Shown here: positions 19,906 through 28,216 of the stretch, one piece after another | Layout of the letters: each line of letters opens with the position of its first letter | Numbering within the stretch: position 1 is the first letter of the stretch | DNA from: a virus | Lineage: Duplodnaviria > Caudoviricetes | DNA: 64,000 nt | Strand: one strand, 5' to 3' | Virus record (IMG/VR): IMGVR_UViG_3300028591_000096 | Translations under genes and position numbers: made by a program | Notes under the pieces: generated by a model | Database searches by the model: none | Told to the model about the DNA's origin: nothing | What the model saw: only the letters and a program-made list of their open reading frames with translations

Positions 19906-19931
19906 AAAAGGTGAGAATTTTCTCACCTTTT
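19906..19931. terminator. Bidirectional intrinsic terminator
   Basis: AAAAGGTGAGAA-TT-TTCTCACCTTTT inverted repeat between convergent genes. Confidence 0.8.
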
Positions 19932-21561
19932 ATTTTAATATACCAAGTGCATATACCTGTTTTCTTAATTTACTAGCAAGTTTCTTATACAACGACCTGA
20001 ATTCCTTCAATCTGTCTGGATAATATTGTTTCCATAATGGCCTTAATTGATAATACCCAGCATCCCAGCACATGATATGAAGTTCTGGATGATCATTATC
20101 AAAAGAAAGTCGTTCCTTCATCGAATCAGATAAAAGATGTCGTGCATAATCAATTACATCTTTTGCTTCTTTGCTTAGTTTTTCTCCAACTTTTTCATCA
20201 AGTAATTCGTATGCATATCTATCATCATCATCGAATGTTGTCTTAACCATATCATAGTATTCATATTTGCCAGCAAGCTCCATCATTTTCTTTCTACTCA
20301 TAAAGAAAAATTCATTTTTTATCTTATATTCATATCCTTTCCATGTTGCTGGCTGTATTGCGCTCTGACAACTTGCAGAGTTAAACATGGAATAAACTAT
20401 ACTGTCAGATATAAATTCGGCCCATAATTCATAATTATCTTCAGTTATAACTGGTGCAAGAAACTCATCCTTATTGTTTATCCAATTATTTGTTATAACC
20501 TTTCTTGATGTAAAATTAGCACACACTGGCAAGAAATTTTCCTTTGTTATAGAGAAGCCAGACAATACATTATCTGGTGCTGTGCTCAGGATGTAGCACT
20601 GCTGAAGAGACTTATAAACATTATTACTTGCGTTTACATAGAATCCTATTGCATCTGTTGTTAGCATAGATCCATCTCGTTCACCAACAGTTACAGGATT
20701 TTTAAGTGTAATTGTTGGATAAGTCTTTTTGTTTTTCAATGGTTCTTTGCAGAATTTTCTAAAACTGTTTTTATTATCAATATTATATATTATCTTTGTT
20801 CCAATTTCTTCAATCTTTCCATTCTTTACTTCAATAAGGTTATGTTTGAAATAGTTTTTATTATTACATACACCAGATTTCCATAAAGACAAACTTATAC
20901 CCCATCTGTTTGAACATTTATCAAAATATGATGCATTAAACAAATAACCATCAAGAAAATTAAAAGATTCTAGAAATTGTTTCCTGAATTTCTCATATCC
21001 CGATCCAGACATGAAAACTGAGCTTGAAAATACACATATATTACAATTTGTAAGATTGTAACAATTCTTAATCATCATTATACGATAAAGAAACTGCGAA
21101 AAAAGATTCATTCTAGCATATTTCATATCATCCATGAATGATTGTGTATATGTATTGATTGAAACATCTTTTACCCCATCCTTAAAATCATTAGGAGCTG
21201 CATAAGGTGGATTCATTAGAAATATTATTGGTTTATCGTTAACCAAAGCATCATATAATCTTTGAGGTATGTGTAAACCTAAAAGTGATTTAATAGGATC
21301 GTTGAGAAAATCAAACTGAAATTTCTCAGCTTCTTTATTAGCATCAGATGCATCTATGTCACTTTTATGTAACGTAGATGCATACAAATGCTTAAATTTT
21401 TTAGATTTAGTTAAGTTTCCTATACCCCAAGCTGGATCCCAAACGTAATATTTGTTATACCAGTTTTTTCCAAAATGCTTCTCAAGTACAGTATGTGCAA
21501 AATTAGCAAATAATTCTGGAGTATAGAATTCTCCTTCTGATTTTTTATTTTTCATTAACAT
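19930..21561 (-). CDS. Orphan DNA adenine methyltransferase (gamma-type, with target-recognition domain)
   Basis: GEFYTP, VWDPAWGIGNL (motif I) and MNPPY (motif IV); no nuclease domain seen. Confidence 0.85.
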   Translation of the reverse strand: MLMKNKKSEGEFYTPELFANFAHTVLEKHFGKNWYNKYYVWDPAWGIGNLTKSKKFKHLYASTLHKSDIDASDANKEAEKFQFDFLNDPIKSLLGLHIPQRLYDALVNDKPIIFLMNPPYAAPNDFKDGVKDVSINTYTQSFMDDMKYARMNLFSQFLYRIMMIKNCYNLTNCNICVFSSSVFMSGSGYEKFRKQFLESFNFLDGYLFNASYFDKCSNRWGISLSLWKSGVCNNKNYFKHNLIEVKNGKIEEIGTKIIYNIDNKNSFRKFCKEPLKNKKTYPTITLKNPVTVGERDGSMLTTDAIGFYVNASNNVYKSLQQCYILSTAPDNVLSGFSITKENFLPVCANFTSRKVITNNWINNKDEFLAPVITEDNYELWAEFISDSIVYSMFNSASCQSAIQPATWKGYEYKIKNEFFFMSRKKMMELAGKYEYYDMVKTTFDDDDRYAYELLDEKVGEKLSKEAKDVIDYARHLLSDSMKERLSFDNDHPELHIMCWDAGYYQLRPLWKQYYPDRLKEFRSLYKKLASKLRKQVYALGILK

Positions 21562-22018
21562 GTATTATATTTTGGTTCGATGAACCTCTAAACGCCAAAT
21601 TGATATCAGCGTTATCAAGTTCAAAAGGACCATCTACAACAGTGTCACATTTACTCGCAACATCATATTGACTTTTAGTAAGTGAATCGAACTTATATCC
21701 AGTATAAAGCCATATTGTTTTATCTTCAGATTTCAAGAATCTTTCTTTGAATTTATCAATAAGCTTATTTACCCCTTCAAGATTATTAGGGTCTAATGGT
21801 TCTCCACCTAAAATTGTAAGACCAGAACAATATGTAGGCTCGATCGAGTCCAGAATACGTTCTATAACGTCGTCTGTAAAATCCTTACCATAATTAAAAT
21901 CCCATGCCTGTTTATTAAAACAACCTTTGCAGTGAATTCTGCAACCACTAACGAACACAGATGTACGTACACCTGTGCCGTTAGTTGTAGAACAATATTT
22001 AATATTAGCGTACTTCAT
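21545..22018 (-). CDS. nrdG: Anaerobic ribonucleotide reductase activase (radical SAM)
   Basis: NGTGVRTSVFVSGCRIHCKGCFN, GLTILGGEP, WLYTGY, VDGPF, FRGSSNQ; start at MKYANIK. Confidence 0.95.
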   Translation of the reverse strand: MKYANIKYCSTTNGTGVRTSVFVSGCRIHCKGCFNKQAWDFNYGKDFTDDVIERILDSIEPTYCSGLTILGGEPLDPNNLEGVNKLIDKFKERFLKSEDKTIWLYTGYKFDSLTKSQYDVASKCDTVVDGPFELDNADINLAFRGSSNQNIIHVNEK

Positions 22019-22028
22019 AATCGGTGTG

Positions 22029-22742
22029 TTATTTATTCTCATCAATATCAGTATGTATTACACGATTGTAAATATCATCAAGTCTCCCCTTGTTTGTATT
22101 TCCAGCGTTAACCTTTCCAAGATAACCACAAATACGTGCAGTAACATCTAATGTTTCATCATCATCATTTCCACAATTAGGACAAATGAATTTAAAGTTT
22201 CCATCCTCTGTTTTTATTAAATCGATATCACCTTCATATCCACACTTCTTACATACACCGATTTTTCTGTTAACTTCCGCGTATATAATGTGGTCATTCA
22301 TCCACTGAATGATTTTTATAATAGCCTCTTGATTATTGTTGAGATCTGCTGTTTCGACATAGCTTACAGCACCACCAGAAGATAATGCAAGATACTCTCC
22401 TTCAATCTCAAGTTTCTTGAATGCATCAATTTCCTCACGAGGATCAACATGATAGCTGTTTACAACATAATCTTTATCTGTAATCTTAGGAATAAATCCG
22501 AAATTCTTTCTCAAAGCAAGAGCGAACTTGTATGTCAAAGACTCTTCTGGTGTACCATATATCGCATACTTGATAAACTTACGTTTCTGTTTATCAATTG
22601 TTTTCACGCTGTAAACTCCGTTATCGTTTTCAATATAAACTACTACTTTATTGTTTATTTTTATTTCATCACTTGGATAAAGTCTATTACCAAATAAACT
22701 ACCTTTTTCAAGTGATGAAAACCAAAGATCTTTTGCAGTCAT
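22029..22742 (-). CDS. nrdD: Class III ribonucleotide reductase, C-terminal fragment (Zn ribbon and glycyl-radical domain)
   Basis: YAIYGTPEESLTYKF, YVVNSYHV, GGAVSYVE, CKKCG/CPNCG and TARICGYLG, after about 55 non-NrdD residues. Confidence 0.92.
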   Translation of the reverse strand: MTAKDLWFSSLEKGSLFGNRLYPSDEIKINNKVVVYIENDNGVYSVKTIDKQKRKFIKYAIYGTPEESLTYKFALALRKNFGFIPKITDKDYVVNSYHVDPREEIDAFKKLEIEGEYLALSSGGAVSYVETADLNNNQEAIIKIIQWMNDHIIYAEVNRKIGVCKKCGYEGDIDLIKTEDGNFKFICPNCGNDDDETLDVTARICGYLGKVNAGNTNKGRLDDIYNRVIHTDIDENK

Positions 22743-22743
22743 A

Positions 22744-24510
22744 TTATTTTATTAAAATTACCTTTTCAAAATTTGTACCTAAGTGACTTTTATTTTCTAT
22801 TGTATCAACAATAAATTTTTTGTATTTATGTGTATCATCTACAACAAACAGATAAGCTTTACATTTGAACTTTTCAATACATATGTCAATCCATTCATCA
22901 CATGTCTTATCGACATCGGAATCTCCGTTCCAGTTTTCCTTATCAGAGTATGGTGGACATGTAAACAGACATTCATATGATGTATTCTCATATTCAAATA
23001 TATTATGAGCAATCACAGAAGAATTATGATAATTCATATAATCTATTATGTCATTCGATTCTTTGACATGTGTGTCGTTGATATCGCTACCAATGTATTT
23101 CTTTCCACATAATTCAGTTCCTATCATCCTTCCAGAAAATCCTGAAAACGGATCGAATACTATATCATATTCGTTAAGATATCTTTCTATCAAATTCTTT
23201 GCAACCACTGGACTAAAAACAGAAACCTTTGGTGCTATTTTTGAAACGTTGAATCCATATATAATATCAGAAGGTTTACACGATCCAACATATTTCAATC
23301 TGTTTATCGCCGATTTCTCTATCAATAATGGATCCTTGAAAGCATCATATGGTGATTTAAAACCTTTTCTGTTGGCGTGATAAATTGATTTATGGAAATG
23401 TTTTATGACACCATCGAGAGATTTATCCTTGAAATTTTCATTTGGATATGGAAATTCTATATCTGTCTTGAACAATTTTAGATAGTGTTTGCTATATGTT
23501 TTATTTATATAGTCAAGAATCGGTTTAATTTGCTCGTATCTAAGTATCTCAACTCCGTTATGAAGCATACATTGGTGTTTTGCCTCATATATTTCGTCTT
23601 GTTCTTTCGATCTATCATACGGGTTAATCATTATATCACCGTCAAAAAACTGTTCACCTTTTATTTCTTGAAATTTTCCATTTACTTTAAAATCTGGATA
23701 ATAACGTTTACCTAGAAATTCAAAGAAATAATCAGGTTGATATTGGAAATCAATATCATGATCCGTTAAGTAGATATAATAAGCAAGCTCCCACGAACTA
23801 TCAAAAAAAATGTTTCTATAATTATATGATTGTTGACATTTAACTCTTACATCATGATTTGAAAACGGATGTTCGACTCCATATCTTCTGATACATGTTT
23901 CTTTAATCTTATCTTCTATATCCTTTGATTTTCTTGGATTATCTACACCATATCTTTCAATGTTTGTTTCCTTGATTTTATTTTTTATATCCTCATTTGC
24001 AAATACATTTTTGACTCCGTATCTTTTAATATTTGTCCGTTCTATTTTGTTTTTTACATCTTGTGAAAGGATTGATGCTACAACTCCATACTTTTCAAGA
24101 CATGTTTTCTTTGTTCTATCTTTTTGTTCCTGTCTTGCTGCTGGATGGCAACCATATCTTTCAATGTTTGTAGAACGAACTTTATTAAATATTTCAGATT
24201 TCTCTTCCTTTGTTTTATTTTTCCAGGTTTCTCTAATTTTCTGTTTGTTTGTATAGTGTGGATCGCCGTATCTTTCTAATTTAGTGATCTCTGCTTTTTT
24301 ATTTCTCGCTTCAAAATCAAATCTGTCAATGAAATCCTTCCTTTTACATTTCTTACAAAGTAATGGATCAGAAAGATAAACTGCATATTTGATATCGGTT
24401 TCTCCACATCTTGTACAAACAAACCTTACCTTTTGTTTCTGCTTATATTTCTTAAGATCTTCAAAAGATGTAAAATCTATAGGATTGTCTTGATATAACT
24501 TCTTATGCAT
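22744..24510 (-). CDS. Homing-endonuclease-like PD-(D/E)xK nuclease fused to an amino-methyltransferase, inserted within nrdD
   Basis: CTRCG/CKKC, six T(N/C/K)(I/L)x(R/K)YG repeats, DSSWE..YYPDF..EIKG nuclease, then FDPFSGFSGR and FTCPPY MTase motifs. Confidence 0.8.
   Translation of the reverse strand: MHKKLYQDNPIDFTSFEDLKKYKQKQKVRFVCTRCGETDIKYAVYLSDPLLCKKCKRKDFIDRFDFEARNKKAEITKLERYGDPHYTNKQKIRETWKNKTKEEKSEIFNKVRSTNIERYGCHPAARQEQKDRTKKTCLEKYGVVASILSQDVKNKIERTNIKRYGVKNVFANEDIKNKIKETNIERYGVDNPRKSKDIEDKIKETCIRRYGVEHPFSNHDVRVKCQQSYNYRNIFFDSSWELAYYIYLTDHDIDFQYQPDYFFEFLGKRYYPDFKVNGKFQEIKGEQFFDGDIMINPYDRSKEQDEIYEAKHQCMLHNGVEILRYEQIKPILDYINKTYSKHYLKLFKTDIEFPYPNENFKDKSLDGVIKHFHKSIYHANRKGFKSPYDAFKDPLLIEKSAINRLKYVGSCKPSDIIYGFNVSKIAPKVSVFSPVVAKNLIERYLNEYDIVFDPFSGFSGRMIGTELCGKKYIGSDINDTHVKESNDIIDYMNYHNSSVIAHNIFEYENTSYECLFTCPPYSDKENWNGDSDVDKTCDEWIDICIEKFKCKAYLFVVDDTHKYKKFIVDTIENKSHLGTNFEKVILIK
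23875..24290 (-). repeat. Six degenerate KETNIERYGV-type peptide repeats (phage endonuclease DNA-binding repeats)
   Basis: TKLERYG, TNIERYG, TCLEKYG, TNIKRYG, TNIERYG, TCIRRYG. Confidence 0.75.
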
Positions 24511-27500
24511 CTATCGTAAATTCCTCCTCTCCTGATATTGTGGTTAAATCTTTTTCATCAAACTCTCCTTCTGTAAACCATTGATTTATTCTGTTATTAA
24601 TGTAGGTCATGATTTCTTTACACAGTTTGCGACCATTTTCAGTGGTATTTGATTCACCTATCAAAGCCTGAACCGTTTCGTATAAACCCACATATCCAAG
24701 ACTTACTGTTGGACGAGTTGGATGAGCATCCATAAGATCACCAACTGTTTGATCTGGTTCCATTCTAGCTAAAGCACCATACATCCAAAGTATAGGTGAA
24801 TTCTTAGCTTTGATTTTTCTACATGATTTCACACGCTCTTGCATACCATGTCTACAAACCTCAAGCCACTTATCAAGATTTTCATAAAAATCTATTCCGT
24901 TTTTTCTTGCTTCAAGAGCGACATAAGGAAGGTTTATGGTTATTACACCATTATTCCATCTTCCATAAACAATAGGCTCCTTTATAGTAACCTCAGTGTC
25001 TGTCTTTTTGATAAGCCAACCAGTGTTACCTCTGAAATTAATACAATACTGACCTTCATCATATCCATACTTATATTCTCCATTTGGTACACTATCAAAT
25101 GTTTTAGCTTCTCTAAACTGATCATAAGGATAAGTTCCACCTTCGGTCCAGAAGAATTCTTTATCTATAGGATATGTTTTATCTTCCCAGATAGGACCTA
25201 GCAATGAACGACAATTATGTGATTGAATTCCTGAAACATCGAATCTATCACTTGATGTTGTAACATCATATGAATATTCATCAATATATCCAAGATCTAT
25301 AATATCAGTGACAACATATGGTTTTTCTTTATGCTTTCTATTTAAAACAGAGTAGTTATTCTTTTTCTTTTGACAAACAATATTTTCAACAATTTCATCA
25401 TTTGTTTCAAAATATATGCGATATCGTATTTTGGATAAATCGTTTGATGTATAATGATTCAGTAAAGATTTTGCATTATAGCCAATAGTATTAGCAAGAT
25501 ACATCGTCTGTAATGCAAGTTCTTTGTTTGTAGATCCAACTTCAACTGTATTAAAATGATGTTCAGATTTATGAATATACCCATCAGCATCTATTATTCC
25601 ACCCATAAATGCAACACGAGCTTCTCTTTTGGCATTAATAATAAATGATGGAATATGTCTATCTGCCTTTTTTGTCCCTCCGAAGATTTCGATTAATTTT
25701 TTAGATATATCTTTAATTGAAACATCACCAGAAACAGCTCTAACTTCTTTATAATTACCTTTAACACATCTATACCATTCTTTCACATATGTATCGAGAT
25801 TAAAATATATTTTCACACATTTTTGATATTTTTCTATAATGTCGTCCTCACCTGTCATGGCAAATGTAGATGAAAGCTGTCTATCATAACAGCCATCACA
25901 CATTATTATACCAAGAAGCCAAGCATAATCTGGATCAACATCTATAGAATCAGATGAATATGCAAAGTTAGTTGCTTCAATCTCATCACCAACTTGAAGA
26001 TCACTAACTTCTGTTCTTCCTAACCCTACAACATGTAAAGGGTGATCTGATGTACATTTAAGAGAACGTCCGTTGCTGAGTTTAATAATTTTCCAATCAC
26101 CCTGATCTGAATTTTTGTTCATTCTTTTACATTCAACAAATGAACCAGATGTACTATCATAGATTTCAACTCCGACCAAATTTATATAATAACAATCAGA
26201 AGCTTCCTGCAAGAGTACATCGAAATTATCAGACATTCTTGACCACATTCTTCCGATAGATTCAACATAAACTTCATCGTTGAACTTATATGTAACAACC
26301 TCATTCTTATCAACACATCCCATACACGGTATAATTTGTCCTTGTTTATATTTACGTGTCTGTGACTCAGAAACAATATCAGGTTGCATACGTTTTGATA
26401 TACACTTAGCTGCAAGTTCTGTCAGATAATAATAAGGATCTCCTTTCTTTACGTTTAAACCATCACAAGTCCAATATAACAGTTTTGGGAACAGTGGGCT
26501 GATATAGTTACCAGAAGGATCCTTTACACCCTTTATGCGACGTTTTAGAATCTCTTCAATTATAAGTGCAAAATCATCAAGTTCTTGTTTTGTTCTCGCT
26601 TCACGTAAGCAAAGATTGTTTGATACAAAAGGTGTCTGTCCGTTTGCCGACGAATGACACAATATCTGATATTGATATATCTTAACTCCTTCAGATATTT
26701 CATCACGAACTTTCTTTTCTGTAATAGAATTTAATTTATCTTCTGATAACTGAACACCAATATCATTAAAGTCCTGTAATATTTTTTTGCGAATAATCTT
26801 TCTTGTTTGATCTACATAATGAACAAGATGAATCCATGACATCGTTTGACCACCATATTGTCTTCCAGAAATAAGAAGGGCTATTTGTGCTGCAAGATTA
26901 ACCATTGTTCTAAATGGTGTTTCATCATTAGGTTCAATCTTCGTATCTCCCATAACAAAGCCATTCTTAAACATATCTTCCAGATTATAAAGATCGCAAT
27001 TTATTAATGGCTGAGTAGGACTATAATCAGCATCATGCCAGTGTATTATACCTTCATTATGAGCCTTTATAATCTCTTTTGGAAGAGTTTTATTTGCAAG
27101 AGATTTACACATTATACCAGCAATATAATCTCTTATTGAAGCGTTGTCATCAATATGCTTGTTCGCATTATCACCTCTGAGAGAAGATGTTCCATCTATT
27201 AAAGACAAAATCTTTTCCTCATTTTCGGTATACTTCTTGTTTCTTTTCTTGTTATCTCTGTAAAGTATATATGATTTTGCAACAGCATATTTATTATGTC
27301 TTACAAGTGCCTGTTCAACAAAATCCTGAATATCTTCAACTTTTACTGAGTTAAATCCTGTAAGCTTCTTCTGTACGGTTGATAAAACCTTTTGAATTGC
27401 ATCATCATTCATTTTATCCTCATCACCGACAGTACTGTTAGCTTTCATTATTGCTTTCTCAATTTTATCTAGGCAAAAATCCTGCTCTGATTCGTTTCTT

Positions 27501-27514
27501 TTGATTACTCGCAT
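24503..27514 (-). CDS. nrdD: Class III ribonucleotide reductase, N-terminal fragment (ATP cone and catalytic barrel) containing an intein
   Basis: MRVIKRN ATP cone, IHWHDAD, QYGGQT, NGQTPF, FPKL, MG/CRS, YGRWNNGVITINLP, SLGYVGLYE; ends before YGTP. Confidence 0.92.
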   Translation of the reverse strand: MRVIKRNESEQDFCLDKIEKAIMKANSTVGDEDKMNDDAIQKVLSTVQKKLTGFNSVKVEDIQDFVEQALVRHNKYAVAKSYILYRDNKKRNKKYTENEEKILSLIDGTSSLRGDNANKHIDDNASIRDYIAGIMCKSLANKTLPKEIIKAHNEGIIHWHDADYSPTQPLINCDLYNLEDMFKNGFVMGDTKIEPNDETPFRTMVNLAAQIALLISGRQYGGQTMSWIHLVHYVDQTRKIIRKKILQDFNDIGVQLSEDKLNSITEKKVRDEISEGVKIYQYQILCHSSANGQTPFVSNNLCLREARTKQELDDFALIIEEILKRRIKGVKDPSGNYISPLFPKLLYWTCDGLNVKKGDPYYYLTELAAKCISKRMQPDIVSESQTRKYKQGQIIPCMGCVDKNEVVTYKFNDEVYVESIGRMWSRMSDNFDVLLQEASDCYYINLVGVEIYDSTSGSFVECKRMNKNSDQGDWKIIKLSNGRSLKCTSDHPLHVVGLGRTEVSDLQVGDEIEATNFAYSSDSIDVDPDYAWLLGIIMCDGCYDRQLSSTFAMTGEDDIIEKYQKCVKIYFNLDTYVKEWYRCVKGNYKEVRAVSGDVSIKDISKKLIEIFGGTKKADRHIPSFIINAKREARVAFMGGIIDADGYIHKSEHHFNTVEVGSTNKELALQTMYLANTIGYNAKSLLNHYTSNDLSKIRYRIYFETNDEIVENIVCQKKKNNYSVLNRKHKEKPYVVTDIIDLGYIDEYSYDVTTSSDRFDVSGIQSHNCRSLLGPIWEDKTYPIDKEFFWTEGGTYPYDQFREAKTFDSVPNGEYKYGYDEGQYCINFRGNTGWLIKKTDTEVTIKEPIVYGRWNNGVITINLPYVALEARKNGIDFYENLDKWLEVCRHGMQERVKSCRKIKAKNSPILWMYGALARMEPDQTVGDLMDAHPTRPTVSLGYVGLYETVQALIGESNTTENGRKLCKEIMTYINNRINQWFTEGEFDEKDLTTISGEEEFTIDA
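25214..26317 (-). mobile_element. 368-aa intein with LAGLIDADG homing endonuclease, inserted immediately before the thiyl-radical Cys
   Basis: PCMG|CVDKNE...CTSDHP...LLGIIMCDG...FMGGIIDADG...YSYDVTT...QSHN|CRSLL. Confidence 0.93.
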
Positions 27515-27639
27515 TATGTTTATTAATTGGTTTTTTAGAATTAATTGTGAAATAAATCTCACCATTTTCAAGTTTACTGTGAGATATTTATTCATGCTTT
27601 TGTAACTTATGTTCTGATAGGGACTTCCATACAATGCTA

Positions 27640-27654
27640 TGCAAATATACAACT
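27640..27654 (-). promoter_or_regulatory. Bacteroidota -7 box AGTTGTATATTTGCA upstream of the nrdD operon
   Basis: Identical 15-mer, about 125 nt upstream of the nrdD ATG. Confidence 0.8.
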
Positions 27655-27697
27655 TTTAATCTAATTTGAAAACCGTTACTCGAATAAATATGTTTTC

Positions 27698-27706
27698 AGA
27701 TAAATA
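27698..27706 (+). promoter_or_regulatory. Late promoter AGATAAATA
   Basis: 25 nt upstream of the ATG at 27732. Confidence 0.7.
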
Positions 27707-27731
27707 GTAAAAATAAGAACACTCTTATCTG

Positions 27732-28184
27732 ATGGCAGATAATATAACATTTCTGGAAGAAAACTGGGAGGAAAACAAAGAATATCTAAACTGGCCAGGA
27801 TTACAATATCTTTGGTACACAAAGGTTAAACCAGCCATTTATCAAAATATTAGCACAATAAAAGGTAGAATAGATGACGAAAATTGGTATATAACATATG
27901 ATGCTAGTACTGGAGAAGTATACATTACCGTAAACGAAGATTCATCCACATTCTACTTTGATCAAGATGGAAGCTGTGGATGTATACAAGAATTTAACGG
28001 TATGCTTCAAGTTATAACAAACAGGGATTTCTCTCTGATGGTTGATGGTTTTATAGACGATCACATAGGTGCAATAGGAAAGAATTCTGATCAAATAGGA
28101 GATGCAACTGGCAAATTATATGTCAATTTTGAAAGAAACTATGAATATGCTGATCCGCACGGTGATGAAACATATGGAGAATAA
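27732..28184 (+). CDS. Hypothetical acidic protein (late)
   Basis: 150-aa ORF with its own late promoter and terminator. Confidence 0.7.
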   Translation: MADNITFLEENWEENKEYLNWPGLQYLWYTKVKPAIYQNISTIKGRIDDENWYITYDASTGEVYITVNEDSSTFYFDQDGSCGCIQEFNGMLQVITNRDFSLMVDGFIDDHIGAIGKNSDQIGDATGKLYVNFERNYEYADPHGDETYGE

Positions 28185-28212
28185 AAAAGAGGAACAAATA
28201 AGTTCCTCTTTT
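28185..28212. terminator. Bidirectional intrinsic terminator
   Basis: AAAAGAGGAAC-AAATAA-GTTCCTCTTTT. Confidence 0.8.
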
Positions 28213-28216
28213 ATTT

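Noticed and set aside
22578-22742. Functional trans-splicing split intein
   Set aside because: The C-part is only about 55 aa with no TxxH and no terminal HN followed by Cys/Ser/Thr. Kept only as a possible remnant.
22578-24577. Group I intron explaining the interrupted nrdD
   Set aside because: The ORFs overlap or abut with no non-coding space, and I see no P7/R-S core elements in the flanks. RT-PCR is still needed to exclude it fully.
22029-27514. nrdD pseudogene
   Set aside because: Both halves retain all catalytic motifs and open frames, are coupled, and nrdG is intact.
27515-27652. 46-aa N-terminal extension of NrdD in the ORF track
   Set aside because: It begins inside the promoter box; the ATP cone starts at MRVIKRN (27514).
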